Shown: piece by piece, positions 1-13,360 of the stretch | Layout of the letters: each line of letters begins with the position of its first letter | How positions within the stretch are numbered: the stretch's first letter is position 1 | Assembly: GCF_006345805.1 (NCBI RefSeq) | Contig: NC_042999.1 | Coordinates: 33,728,001 to 33,792,000 of the forward strand | Direction of reading: 5' to 3' | DNA from: Octopus sinensis | Taxonomy: Eukaryota | Length of the DNA: 64,000 nucleotides | Translations under genes and position numbers: made by a program | Notes under the pieces: generated by a model | What the model was told of the DNA's origin: nothing | Databases searched by the model: none | Seen by the model: only the letters and a program-made list of their open reading frames with translations

Positions 1-62
1 AGAAGAAGAAGAAGAAGAAGAAGAAGAAGAAGAAGAAGAAGAAGAGAAGAAGAAGAAGAAGA
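1..62. repeat. (AGA)n microsatellite, truncated by the window edge
   Basis: Direct reading; one single-base interruption. Confidence 0.95.
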
Positions 63-2319
63 ATTATTATTCACAACGACCTTGAACCCACAAGAGTAAA
101 CAAGAGCGACAGAGACAGACAGAAACAAGGAAAATGCCCCTTGTATTTGAATACTATGCAAATATTCTTTTAAACGCACTTTTCATTTAATTTTTTCAAA
201 ATTTAATAGTTTTCCATACTTACAGTTGAAAAAGTCTCAATCTATCAGGGATGCCAGACATCAGTGTTTCGAGACGTTTGCAAATTTTTCAACGGTGTTG
301 ACTTAATTTTATATCGTGCTATTGTTTTTTATGGTTGTTTAGAGTTGCCTCTCTTATGTACATCCCATTGACAAAAGTCAAAAATCTAGAAAGATCGACG
401 TCTGGGATTCCTGATAGATGGTGACACTGAACAAACCGGGTGTTTTCACGCCTTTTTACCATAAGGGAGAGATGATGCATGTACGTATGTAATGTATGTA
501 TGTATTCATACATACATACATATTCATGCATTTATGCGAATGAGTATATGTAATTTGGTAAAAATCAAATATCGCACATTCGTTCAAAAAATGGCAAGAT
601 TGTTTTCGTCTTTTAGCAGACTCTTAATCACATATACTTGCAAATACTCACACACGCTCATTTCTGTGTGCACGTGTGTGTATGTGTGCATGTGTGTATT
701 TTTTGCTTGCTTTCTGATCTCGTTTTTTCTTGTAGCGCTTTTAACTGCATATGTACTAATATTCGGTGGGAATTATCTACACCGTATAAAACTATATATT
801 TAATGTATGTTAAGTATATGCAACTTCAGGAACATGACATGAATTCAAAGCATACTTCTGTCCGCGAAACAACCAAGTGAGACCGAGTCTAGCCGTTTAA
901 ATAGTTTAAACAAATATATAACAATATTCAGCTAAGACAGAAACATTAAACAATATCGATTGGAAACCAAAGAATAACTGCAATTTCTTTGTCAGTATAG
1001 ATATTAAATTATTGAGCTAAATGTGTCGAATTAAATCATATAAAACCACTATTTCAGAAACTATATCAAAGGAAGCAATTCTAAATAGATCTTTTAAAAG
1101 TTACTGAAGAAATATCAGAACTAGTGCTTTATATATTTATACGCACACACAGAGATACATATATAAATACATACATACATACAGCCACACATACATATAG
1201 CGTCAGGAATTCGAAATAATTACGGGCGTTTTATCTATGAAAGTAGTATCACTGCACCTGCCAAAGCAAATGTTTTGCGGTATTTGCGTGTTCTGATGAA
1301 AATAAAGATATAGTTAAAATGGAAAAGCGGATGAAATCATGATCCTGCATTATTTTCCTACAACGAAGAAAAAACAAAAAGAATTACTATAGAGGTAGAA
1401 CTACTCTACCAACACCCACCTGCAATATAGATGCTAGTACAACTAACTTACGTCATTTGATAATACGTTATGCTTGTTTTTACCCTCATATTTCTCCCTC
1501 TCTCTCGATCTCTTTCCCATTTTCTCTCTCCTCTTCTCTCGCTCCCTCTCTTTCTCCCCCTCGCTCTGTAGCTACGTATATAAGCAATAATGAATACATA
1601 AATACCTGTACATATTCAAACTAACGCATACACATACATTCACACGTACACACACACACACACACACACGCTAGCACAGTCACACACAGAATTATATCAA
1701 ATGTAAGATTTGTGGGAATGGTGTATGTGTATATATGCATCTACAAAAGAAGTAAAGGCAGTGGCGAAATGGAAGAACATTGTTGCTCTTTGAACACAAT
1801 CATTTGCGATATTTTTCACCGAGTTACACATACGTTATTCTTTACCTACTGTGATATACAATATACAAATTAAGATAGACTTCAATACCTACAAACTCTA
1901 ATTCGTATATACTGGAAGTAAGACATGGTTGCTATCAATACTTTTGCTGTACCGATGATTAATTGATCGTGCCCCGAGAATGTTGTAAAGCAGTGCTGCT
2001 TCCTACGTTTAGTATCTAATATCAGAAAGTAATGATGTTTAGGAACATATGCCGAATATATTTGTTTGGTGCCCCAATTATTCTGCATATTGAAGCACTA
2101 TTCCATATAGGGAAGAGGTTCTTGTGAAGGTTTCTATTTCTTTCAGATCTCTCATGCCAGATAACATCTAACACAAGAAATATAAGGGCATTCATTTATT
2201 GTTGCCTTGTGTGAGATGCATAGCGATTTAGATATTGACAACTTTTCAAACGTTACAATATATTTTGTACAAGAATTTCGTTTGGAATTATAATCCTTTG
2301 GCGGGAATGTTTAATCTGT

Positions 2320-3520
2320 ATCAAGAGAAAACATCATCCTAAATATTGCCAAAAATGTTCGGGGTAGTGGAGTGAACTATCAGAATGTTAGTGTACCGGG
2401 ACGTTCGATACAAATAGTATATACTGAGCAGATTAACTTCATGTCTAAGATACAGGAAAAACGTTTGATTCTTTTCAAGTGATACTTAACAAGTTTTTAA
2501 AAGCCCACAAACATGGCATGCTTTGGTTCTTCTCTGCTAAGAAAAATCATTTACCAAAACTAAAAGCATAAGAGGAAAAATTTCAGATGTTTATGTGCCA
2601 CTAATTCTGATGACCCGAGAGTTGCGCACCCTAAATTTTAGCCAACTAAAATGATTTTTAAGAGAGGTAAGTAATGAAGGTGATGCCATGCCACCTCAAA
2701 GCTTTCCATAGGATCTTAGAATTAATGTTGCTTCATATGTTGAAGCACTGGAGACAGATTTTAAGTCCCGGATTGTTGAAGTACACAACAGAAGTTAAGA
2801 AGTGTTTCATCAAGTGTCAATAATTTCTCACAGATCGCAAGTATTACAGGAAATGGTATTAGGCGATCATTACGATCTTCGGACACCAAACAAGTGTCCT
2901 TCAAAGCCAGAGTTAAGTCTCGTAACTGCTACGTTTGGAGCGTTGCAGGAAGGGAAACTAATCGACATCTTTAGAATAATTCATAGACTACAACAGGTGA
3001 TGTTCCGAATGGATAAGTGTCATTTAGCCTGGGCTTCTCAAGGATTCCAAGTCCCGCATTGGAACTGTTGTCGAAGCAAAAGAAAAATTCATAGAATACG
3101 CTTATAAGATGGATTATCCAGAATATGTGCACAATTCTGTATTGAAATACTTTAATTTGTTGCTAGATTAGAGTTGTTTTATCATATTATCAAATATGTC
3201 TTTACGCATCTTCGCAAATTGTCATTAAAGTGTGAGACACAACATCGGCATCTAGATGAGACAACATTGTTAAATAATTGGTAGCTATACATTAAACAGT
3301 GAGAATCAAGAGACAGATTAAAAACATGTAAATATCATGAGCTAAATGATTTTAAGTCTCGTCAAATTTCAAAATTATTAAATTCAGAAATAATCAATTT
3401 GGTGTGGGGAATTATAACTTCAGTGCTTAATAGACGCGCCTATAAATCTGAACAGGTTTTGAATTTAGTGAACGACCTCTGTGATCTACATTCATTTAGG
3501 ATATTATCTGAAGAGTAGAG
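2320..3520 (+). pseudogene. Unidentified, heavily decayed coding-like relic
   Basis: Protein-like stretches in shifting + frames broken by stops, e.g. SDVYVPLILMTRELRTLNFSQLK*...DLRINVASYVEALETDFKSR (same frame as ORF 2802-3107) and SRIGTVVEAKEKFIEYAYKMDYPEYVHNSVLKYFNLLLD*. No family motif recognised. Confidence 0.25.
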
Positions 3521-4595
3521 ATGAAATAATGTTTGCTTAATGTCCACAGATCAATTGGTCCAGCGTTCAAACTGTGCAATTATGATATAATGGTAAATAT
3601 GAAAGGAAGAAAGACAAGAAAAGCATATCATTATATAAAATTAATAGTAACAGAAATGTGACGAAAAGCAGCATTTATCATTTGGCAAATATAATTCTTC
3701 GAAGTATCAGATTTTAGCTGAGGTGAATGTCTCACTGCATAGTTGAAAATATATGCGGACACAAGGAAATATAATACTGTTTATACAGATATTCTAAGTT
3801 GATATTCTAAGGATTGCTCAGCTAAGTTTATTTATTGACTTAAAGTGAAATCGAATATTTGGTCATTTTATAATTTCATAAAAGCATTCCAAAATGACAT
3901 CTGCATGTTCTCCTGTTAGATAAACATATAATTCTTGCGTTGCATAGCTTCTGAGAAATTTGTCTCTGTACTGACCAAAATGTATAAATGAAATCCAAAT
4001 TGTGACGTCAAAACGAAAATATTCAACAAGTTGCAATTAATGCTCTAACCTTCACAAAACGGAAATATTAAACACGCGATCGTATTAAGCGCTTTTGTAT
4101 CCATTTTATGCTCCATTTCAATGCTTTCCCTTTATTCTTTTTGTATTTCAATTTTAGTGAGCAATTGAACAACGTTCGAATGTAAAGGAATCAATAGCAA
4201 TTAGTATCATATTTTATTATCCACAACCTTTGTTGAACTGTTTGAGAAAACATGGACAAACGAATATATGTATTTCACGTCATTCGGTGAAATTCTGCTC
4301 CTAAGGAGAACGTACGTAGATAAATGTTGTGTATTGTCGTCACAGTCATTGGGTCTGTTTTTATATTGGGACCAGACTATGCTCAAAACAAGGTACTTTA
4401 TATCACGACGACCCATTTGATCTAGCTAAACGGGAGTAGTGTCATTTACGATGCATTGGTATCATGGACAGGGCGTTGACATTCCGAATAATCTCTTGGT
4501 TTTTGTGAGCCTAGTTTTGAAGATTACGTTTTCTCTGCCAAAGTTAATGAAACATCGTTAAATAATCAAAACAGCAGTTAAATTACCCCAACCAC

Positions 4596-4780
4596 TAAGC
4601 ACCGTTTGCTGGTTTGTGCAAGTCCCTGTAAGTTAGTGGCTCGACAAAATGAAGCGATAGAATAAGCAACAACCTTTACAAAACCATACTAAATTCGACT
4701 AAAATTCGACGAAAATTCTTCAAGACTGTGCCCCAGCACGACCATAGTTTGATGACTGAAAAAAGCAAAAGAAGAGATAA
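4596..4780 (+). mobile_element. 3' fragment of tRNA-derived SINE family C
   Basis: Ends in ...gtgccccagcacgaccatagtttgatgactgaaaaaagcaaaag, matching the 3' ends of the copies at 26263-26648 and 38434-38638. Confidence 0.55.
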
Positions 4781-5756
4781 AATGTACCTTCGTAATATGA
4801 TGTTCATTGAACCAATCAACCATGTCACGCCTTAAACTGTTCATAGGGAATACTCTACAATACGTTTATTGACCAGATGATGCCTTGTACATTTGTTTCA
4901 ATACATTGTTCTTCTTTGAAAAGAAGGTTCTATGCAGAAGTGCGCATAGAACAGTGATTATCAACGGGGGTCCATATGGCTTCAGATGCTCCATATAAGA
5001 ATTTGTGGGTCCACGCAACAAAGTAGTCAATTGGGGGTCTAACATGCTGTTGTAAGGACCCATTTATAAATTTTGCCTTGGATGTATGTATTACAAAAAA
5101 TAGGTAGTTTTCTTTCTCTAACATTTTACATAGTTCACCCTACAGAAGTTAATGTGTGAAAAACAAAGTAAGAATTTTGAAAGATGTTTCGATAGAACTA
5201 GTTTAAAACATCGATTGGCTATGAGGGTCCACCAGGAAAAAAAATGATAATCGAAGGAGTCCATACATAACAAATGGTTGAGAATCCCTTTTCCAGAGTA
5301 ATGGTTTACTCCATCCGTGATCAAGATATACATTCGCAGGAAACTTTTACGCTATAAACTCAACGCATACACATACATTATGATATGCACGTTCTGACAC
5401 ATGGACTCATACACTCTTACTACACAGAAACATCTATATAGATTTCTTTAATAATACGAAAATATCATATACAATAAAACGCAATGAATCTCATCGGTCA
5501 CGCTAAGAAAAGAAGAGTAAAACAGCAAACGGGATGGGAGTGAGTGACAGTCAGAAGCACCAAAGCAGGAGAATGGCATACAAACGTTGTTCTCTGAAGA
5601 CGCTGGTATTTTAATCAAAATATAACAGCAAATTTTCATCGTAAGTTGTATTTAGATGATCAGTTTGCCTCACGTACACAAATATAATACTAAACAGATT
5701 TCTTTTCAAAATATTATCATTCACATAGCGCAAGGGCCCACACACGCAGAGACACA

Positions 5757-5760
<4 letters not shown>

Positions 5761-5814
<54 letters not shown>

Positions 5815-5915
5815 GAGAGAGAGAGAGAGAGAGTTTGAAGGAGATGTTATACGAACGAGACTATACATGTGTTATGGCAATGTGTGTGCATATGTGGCGC
5901 GTGTGCTTGTTTGCG

Positions 5916-6014
<99 letters not shown>

Positions 6015-6030
6015 GTGTGGTGTGTGTGTA
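5761..6030. repeat. Two compound microsatellites: (TA)n(GA)n and (TC)n(TA)n(TG)n
   Basis: Direct reading; source of the six overlapping YIYI/LSLS ORFs. Confidence 0.95.
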
Positions 6031-7252
6031 CTCTTCATTTTATTCTTTCATTTTAGACCATTTTCCATGCTTGTCCTTTCTCATATAAACCCTTATTTCT
6101 TTTCACAAGTAAAGGATGATATATTTTACTGATTTCATCGAAGAGAGAGAGAGATGGCTTTGTGTGTATGTATATGTTCGTATATATGCCTATAAGTATT
6201 TATGTACATAAATAGATGTTTATATTTATACATACATACATACACGTACATTATGTGGACGATATTTTGAAACGAAACAGTACAACCAAATTAGCTACTT
6301 CAAGGGCTTCAGTTATGTATATGTAGATATATTTACTATATTGCTGACATTTATCAATGGCTTCTGCTATTTAGCTGATACGCCATTTTGTATCATTGAC
6401 GTCTTGGGTTTGCTAATGTAACAATAGTAACCACTGTGTTGTCACATGTATATCTCCTACCGCTTTGGGGGCACAGTTCCATCAACGCCTCATTAATATT
6501 CGTAATGATTTCAGCTATTCTATTTCCGAAATGATTTAAAAGTATAGAATGGTTCAGAGGAATGTTAATAATAAGACTGTTATTTGCAACAGTTAGGGTG
6601 CATCAGATAGCCATTTAAAAGAAATCTGAACACATTTTCTTTTCGTCTACATAAAATTCTTTTTAAATGCACATGCGTTCCATAGCCACTACAAATGCAT
6701 TTTTCCGTTAATTTTGTTCGGTGATTGGAATGTTTATACATTAGTCCGAGATGAAATGATCTACTAGTAATAAACAAAATAATTATTAAGAATGATATTC
6801 CCATTTTTTTCAGGCTCAGCCAGAAAAGTTTATACATTTCTTTTGTACTTATTCCGAACTCAAGGTACTTCAGGAACACTTTTGCATTTGAGACACCTTC
6901 TCTATAACATCTTCTCTATAAAAGTATACTAACATGCATTCATTAGAAGACAGTAAAAAGAAATAACAGTCTACAAATATATAGAAACGATTTCCTTCAT
7001 TACTTAAGCGATTCTCTTTCTAAAATATTGACGTTTTACGAGATTTAATGTCATGGCTCAACTTTTTGTGCAACTTTTTGTGTAAGTCAGATTCGAAATT
7101 ATTATGCATGGCAGATTGTCAGACAAACTTACGCAATAAAAATATACAATGATATTGATTAGCTTCTCCTTTTCTATATTTTTGCTTCAATCAATTTGAC
7201 ACCTTCAACATTTTTTCTATTACTTTTGAATTGTTATTCGTTATAATGTAAA

Positions 7253-7274
7253 TGTATATATATATATATTATAT

Positions 7275-7306
<32 letters not shown>

Positions 7307-7388
7307 CGTGTAGGTATATATATATATCCATATTTGCGTATCTATCGATTTCTATATACATATAAATATATATATATATATTATATAT

Positions 7389-7435
<47 letters not shown>

Positions 7436-7470
7436 GTATGTATACATACATATGTGTGTGTATGTCTGTC
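7253..7470. repeat. Interrupted (TA)n/(TATG)n microsatellite
   Basis: Direct reading. Confidence 0.95.
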
Positions 7471-8113
7471 TGTGTACAGGTATAGTGGTTCAAGAAATCC
7501 AGGTGAATGCTTCATTGTACTTTTATGCTAAATCATGGTAACACAATGTTACGGTAGGAAAGGAGAAGTATCCAAAAAAGATGTTTGATAGAAATGGAAA
7601 ATCTAGGGGAATATATCAGTCACAATCTATGAACGCAAGAAAACGGTTGCAGATGACGGTATTACAGTTATTAATCAGTTTTGCTCGTTTCGATAATTTG
7701 AGGAAAGGTTACATTAATTAACATGTTATGTTATACACATAAAAAAATATTTTGTAGAACCATGTAATTTTCCGCGAAACATCTCTTGTAAGTTTACGTA
7801 TTGAACTTTCTTAATTTCACTGATAACATTGGGGTTAATTAACAATAGAAAATCAATTGGGAGCGAACTTTTAAGATTTTATTTAGCAAATTCAATTGTA
7901 GAGTGTCTGGAAATTTTGTATCTAGCACTCATAGGTTGTTTTTTCCCCCCTGCAACAAAGTAATGATATTAAATTCTCAGTGTTTGTAACTGAAGAGATC
8001 AAGCTAAATACTCTTTCAACAACCAATGACTTAGTGGGTAATTGATGTTAAAGCAAATAATGAAGTTCATTATTAAATTACTGGCACATTATCAAAATTC
8101 AAATAGAATCACG

Positions 8114-8318
8114 TCTATTCAATAAAATCCGTTCTGTCTGTGTGTGTGTGTCTTCTAGGATCTCGGGTATCCTCCATCTGATTGCGCTCAAATTTGATAT
8201 GTAAATAACGACGGTATCAGGGCATGTATAAGTCTTGAAAAAATTACAAAAAATGATTCCAGGTGAGAATGCGATCGATAAATCCGTGGGAACGTGCATT
8301 TGTACGCGCAAGGACATC
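8114..8318 (+). mobile_element. 5' portion of a non-autonomous Helitron-like element
   Basis: TCTAT..ATAAAA start followed by a GTCT/GT microsatellite and gattgcgctcaaatttgatatg; clearly homologous, in inverted orientation, to 8925-9135. Confidence 0.5.
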
Positions 8319-8855
8319 AGCTGTTGCGAACAATACTACGCGTACTCGAGAAAAATGCACGTGCAGTTTGCGCAAAAAAGCCGGCTGGCTTCAGATAATG
8401 CCACAAAATGCAGTATATTGAAGAGAGCAAAAAAATAAGATACAAAAGAGATATTTTCTTCAAACTTGGCATGAAGGAAGGAAATACTATTTGGTTTCTC
8501 AAAAAAGATCTTTTTTTTTTGCCTTAACTTCGTTTAACAAAACAAAAGAATTTATTGAAATAAAGGCATGCTTAATTATTTTTTAATGAAAAGAAAACAC
8601 TGATTGATTTTTATTCAGCAGATATGATTCAGCAACGTCCATTGGACGGGGAGCGTTTCGCTCATTATCATATTCATTCATTTGATAATAAAAGGAATAT
8701 GCTAAGCACTTCACAAGCTAATTGTATGTGAGATTTTTAAAGAAGTATATTGATTACTCAACTTTCTGTTCGAATGCATATACATCTTATGCAAAAAGAC
8801 TTGGGGAAATATAATTTATGTTCTATTATGGAGGAGGAGGAGGAGGAGGAGAGAG

Positions 8856-9140
8856 TGATGATGATGACGATTATGATGATGATATAAACCATGTTATTTT
8901 TTTTTCGAAGAAAAGAAATGACGGAGATGTACTTGCGCATACAAATGCACATTCCCACGGCTTTATCGATCGCATTCTCACCTGGAATCGATTTTTGAAT
9001 TTGTTCGAGACTTACACACTCCCTCATACCGTCGGTATCTACATATCAAATTTGAGCGCAATCGTATGGAGAATGCCCGAGACCCTAAGAGACACACAGA
9101 CAGACAGAATGGATTTTATATAATTTTATATTCTATATAT
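8856..9140 (-). mobile_element. Second copy of the same Helitron-like family, opposite orientation
   Basis: Reverse complement aligns to 8120-8318 over about 200 bp; 8856-8929 is also shared with 11340-11417. Confidence 0.5.
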
Positions 9141-9146
9141 ATATAT

Positions 9147-9203
<57 letters not shown>

Positions 9204-9211
9204 CAGATAGA

Positions 9212-9249
<38 letters not shown>

Positions 9250-9397
9250 TTTATATACATGCATACATGCATACAGACAGACATATTCATTGAGTTATAC
9301 ATAGTATCCGTCTTCTTGAGCGCAATCGGATGGAGGATGCCCGAGACCCTAAGAGACACACAGACAGACAGACAGAACGGATTTTATATAATTTTAT

Positions 9398-9476
<79 letters not shown>

Positions 9477-9493
9477 GTAGATAGATAGACAGA

Positions 9494-9531
<38 letters not shown>

Positions 9532-9591
9532 TTTATATACATGCATACATGCATACAGACAGACATATTCATTGAGTTATACATAGTATCC
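9052..9591. repeat. Tandem duplication (9052-9309 / 9316-9591) of a Helitron-like 5' end plus (TA)(GATA)(GACA) tract
   Basis: Both units run from ttgagcgcaatcg to gagttatacatagtatcc; a few substitutions and different microsatellite lengths. Confidence 0.9.
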
Positions 9592-11029
9592 TTCCATGTC
9601 ACGGATGGTTATATTTCAAATATCCTGTACACCTTTATATTTCCCAACATAAATATCTTCACGTCGTAATTAATTTTTTAATGATTTTTTTTTCAGTTTC
9701 AAATCTACGTGATCATTTAATCATACAATATCTTGGTGATTTCATAGCTTTATTCTGAGCTTTTATTCTATTTATATCTCTTCATTTTTTTTCAAATCTT
9801 ATCAATATCCTGATTTCCTATGTATATTGCTTTTTGGTTTCAATGCTACTACCAGGAATAAAGTAAAAAAAAAAAAAATTTGTGGTTGCTTTGAAAATTA
9901 CTCTTGTGAATTACAATTCATATAAAGAGTGGTTTAAGAGGAAACTCCTCTTAAAAGTTCCCTATGCGAGGGTGATACTTCAATAGTGTAACAACATACT
10001 ATATAATTTACTGCTACAAACTTCTAAACGCGTTTCTCCCTCATTATTTTTATTTAACCAAATACGCTAGTATTTCACAAAATCTAACAAGGTGAACGGT
10101 AGATAATTACATTTACTATGAAATCGTTTAACATTTTTTGTATAATATAATATGACAATCGACGTAATATGGTTACTAATTATAGAGACGATTGTATCTA
10201 ATCGATGTCTCACCATTTCTGCGACTTTTCAAGATAAGTAGCTGAATCGAAGCGGAGGCAAATTGAATACCCTCTATGTGTGTATATGTGTATGTGTGTG
10301 TCTGTTTGCATGTGCGCGCGTACTTGCGTGCTAGAGTGTGAGTGCGCGCGTGTGTGTGTGTGTGTATGTGTGTGTGTGTGTGTGTAGCTATGTATAACTG
10401 GTTGCGGGTTTATCTTCATAGGAGTGTGAAGGACAGGACCCATATTATAAAAAAAATATCGAATCCGAAATTCATAAAAATGTTTATTTCTATGTTCTTT
10501 TTTTTTCTAGGGCATGGACTTGGCATAAGCATTTGGGATTTACCAAGAACCTTGTGTAGGATTAGATTTACGAATAAACGAACGTTTTTGTTCATACAGA
10601 AATCTGTATTGCTAGAAGTGTTGGTAGGTTCATGATTTTATGTAGGTGATAGAGTATATAGTGTTATGATCTGTAGTTCTGCTGAAAATATTGAGTGGTG
10701 AAGATCACTGTGACATCTTCGAAAGTTAGTGGTGAATGTGACATATATTGTGCTAGAGGGCGATAGAACCGTTGTTGATGACGGTGAGTACAATATGGGT
10801 GCTGATAGTAGCATTTTGTATAAGATTTCATAGATATAATCGCAATAATATCGTTAAAATGCAAGCAAAATTGAGAGTGGTAAAAATAATATAACCAGGT
10901 ATGTTTGTAATGAAGTTAGGGTTGATAAATACGTTGATGATATGTATAGCTGTAATATAGGCGAGCTTACCGTTTGCTGATTGAAAAAAGGAAGTGACAC
11001 AGGGGAAATATAATGTTGATGATGAGGAT

Positions 11030-11417
11030 GAAGAGGTTGAGGGGAGGTTGGTGATGATGATGATGATGAGGAGGAGGAGGAGGTGTAGGGGGGAGGGGGA
11101 GGTAGGAGGAGGTTGGTGATGATGATGATGAGGAGGAGGAGGGGAGGAGGAGGATGATAGCAGCACAGATGGAAATGAAGGTGGCGATCGACTCTGAAAG
11201 TTACTGCGATGGTGTCGATGAGCAAGGCGAGGATGCTGATGATGACGATGATCATGACGAAGAGAAGGCACATGGTGATGTTAATGATGATGATGACCAT
11301 GATAATGATGATGATGATGATAAGGAGGAGGAGGGGGATGATGATGATGATGACGATTATGATGATGATATAAACCAAGTTATTTTTTTTTTCGAAGAAA
11401 AGAAATGACGGAGATGG
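11030..11417. repeat. Mosaic GAT/GAG/GGT trinucleotide tract ending in a ~75-bp segment shared with 8856-8929
   Basis: gatgatgacgattatgatgatgatataaacca(t/a)gttattttttt..cgaagaaaagaaatgacggagatg occurs at both sites; explains the poly-S/H/I/D ORFs. Confidence 0.85.
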
Positions 11418-12919
11418 GGATGAAGGTGAGCGTAGGAAATATATTGGAAGGAAACATACATTGAATGGCACGATGTATATTTCTGTGATTAACGATTGCA
11501 TTTATAAAAGTAAAAGGCAAAACTAAGGCATTCAGTACAAAGGTATTCGAAAACACTGCTTTAAGATCTGAGATCAAATATTAGAGAAAGACACTGACAC
11601 ATCACATTCTGACAACTACCATGGGGGATCAGGATTTTTTTTTACACTGCTATCACGTTCACAATCAGTGTAGCTTTCTTTTCTATAATAGCAGTGACAA
11701 AGGAAACAAGAATTCGCTGTTAACTCAGGTAGAGTTTGATCTAGAAGCAGGAAATACAATTGTCATCAATATAACCATTGATTATATTATAAATATGCTA
11801 TATATACTGAACTGAGAATATAGCACGCGAGCCTTGGATGATGCATTCGTTACAGACATCCGCATCCCTTGTGACTAGCGTGGAAAAAGTTTGTTTTATA
11901 CGTTTTTGACCAAATATTCACCATTGAATATAACGCTACACAGTATAACGTATAATGTGTATGCAATAAGGATTAATATATACATATATGTCTTTGTGTG
12001 TGTGCGTCTGTGTATGTGTGTGTGTGTGTGCGTGTGTGTATCTATGTCTATGTATTTGTCGAGGAACAGATTTAACAATGAATAACTCAAACAAGAAACC
12101 GGAAGAGAAATCGATTGGCCGTAATTTAATAATATATGTACATGTTTGAATAAATATCAATTGGAGCGTCAAGATTCCTGGCGTTACGAATAACGTCGTT
12201 CCTCGGAGGGACTCTATTATAATATATTGATAGCAAAGAGAATATGTATGTTTGAAAAATCTGCGCGTGAGGAGGAAGCTATAAAATGACAAAGAAGATT
12301 TGAAGGGTATTATATAATCAGATGAAAAGATATCTATGTTTAGTGTCCTCGTTGTCAAATATAAGTGATTTTAAGCAATTCCGACGTTTTAGGAAATTCT
12401 ATATACGCGGTCCGCAGTTTAGTATTCTGATACATAAAGCAATGACTAAAAGCTACTCTTCATGAAAAGAGATCTAACTGCTGCAATGTTTCCATTTATC
12501 TAAATCGCTGAAACATATATCCGTTTACTTCTCTGTTTCATGATTTCATTTCTCTTACATTCCGTCTATTTACTAATTTTAGGGTTTGAATTATAACTGC
12601 AACACTAAATACTAACACTTCCGTACTAAATTAAACTCAGCCTACGTTAAATTTTGTTCACATGCACACATAAGTATTCATTCCCAGCCTTCTGATATAC
12701 TATTTATATATACTTCCCTAATTTTCTGAAGTGTTTGTACATGTAGGAATATCGGTTTGTATACAACATTGCATATATATGCATCTATGTGCAAACATGT
12801 CTGTACACATTTCTGTAAACATGTTGAAAAATAAAGTCATTTCCATTTTTCCGAGCGGCAAACTAATACACCTCCTTGGTCATACACCTGTCTTCGTCTT
12901 TTCGTTTTCTATAAATTTC

Positions 12920-13012
<93 letters not shown>

Positions 13013-13074
13013 CATATAGTAATAAAACGGAAGGGATTTCGGTTATCCCCAGGCGGCGAGTTGTAATGCAATAT

Positions 13075-13128
<54 letters not shown>

Positions 13129-13176
13129 AACAAAAAGGAAGGAATTTCGATTATCCCCAGGCGGCGAGTCGTAATG

Positions 13177-13223
<47 letters not shown>

Positions 13224-13267
13224 TTTGTAAGTTTGGAGCCATAATCCCTAATATTATTATTATGTAT

Positions 13268-13346
<79 letters not shown>

Positions 13347-13360
13347 GTTTGTGTGTGTGT
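12920..13360. repeat. (TC)n(TA)n tracts with a duplicated ~48-bp unique unit
   Basis: ttatccccaggcggcgag(t/t)(t/c)gtaatgcaat at 13043 and 13151 (period 108), each followed by (TA)n. Confidence 0.9.

Noticed and set aside
218-300. Minus-strand GTAAGT donor at 218-223 suggesting a coding exon; ATACTTAC resemblance to the U1 snRNA 5' end
   Set aside because: Stops in all three minus frames just upstream, and the sequence does not continue as U1.
1255-1360. Faint mariner-like TIR and start region; similar faint hits at 5450-5650 and 19780-19830 (FLHDN)
   Set aside because: Similarity too short and degenerate to distinguish from chance by eye.
5611-6132. Clusters of long overlapping ORFs (YIYI, LSLS, HTHT, poly-L/I/S/D) here and throughout the ORF track
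   Set aside because: They are translations of microsatellites that lack stop codons; no coding signal.
7261-7410. Apparently mirrored TT...AA interruptions making perfect palindromes in (TA)n tracts (also at 13.3, 14.1 and 17.9 kb)
   Set aside because: Any TT followed by AA in a TA tract is automatically palindromic; slippage or single-base sequencing errors explain it.
13024-13190. CRISPR-like repeat-spacer appearance
   Set aside because: Only two units, spacers are (TA)n, no cas genes, eukaryotic context.
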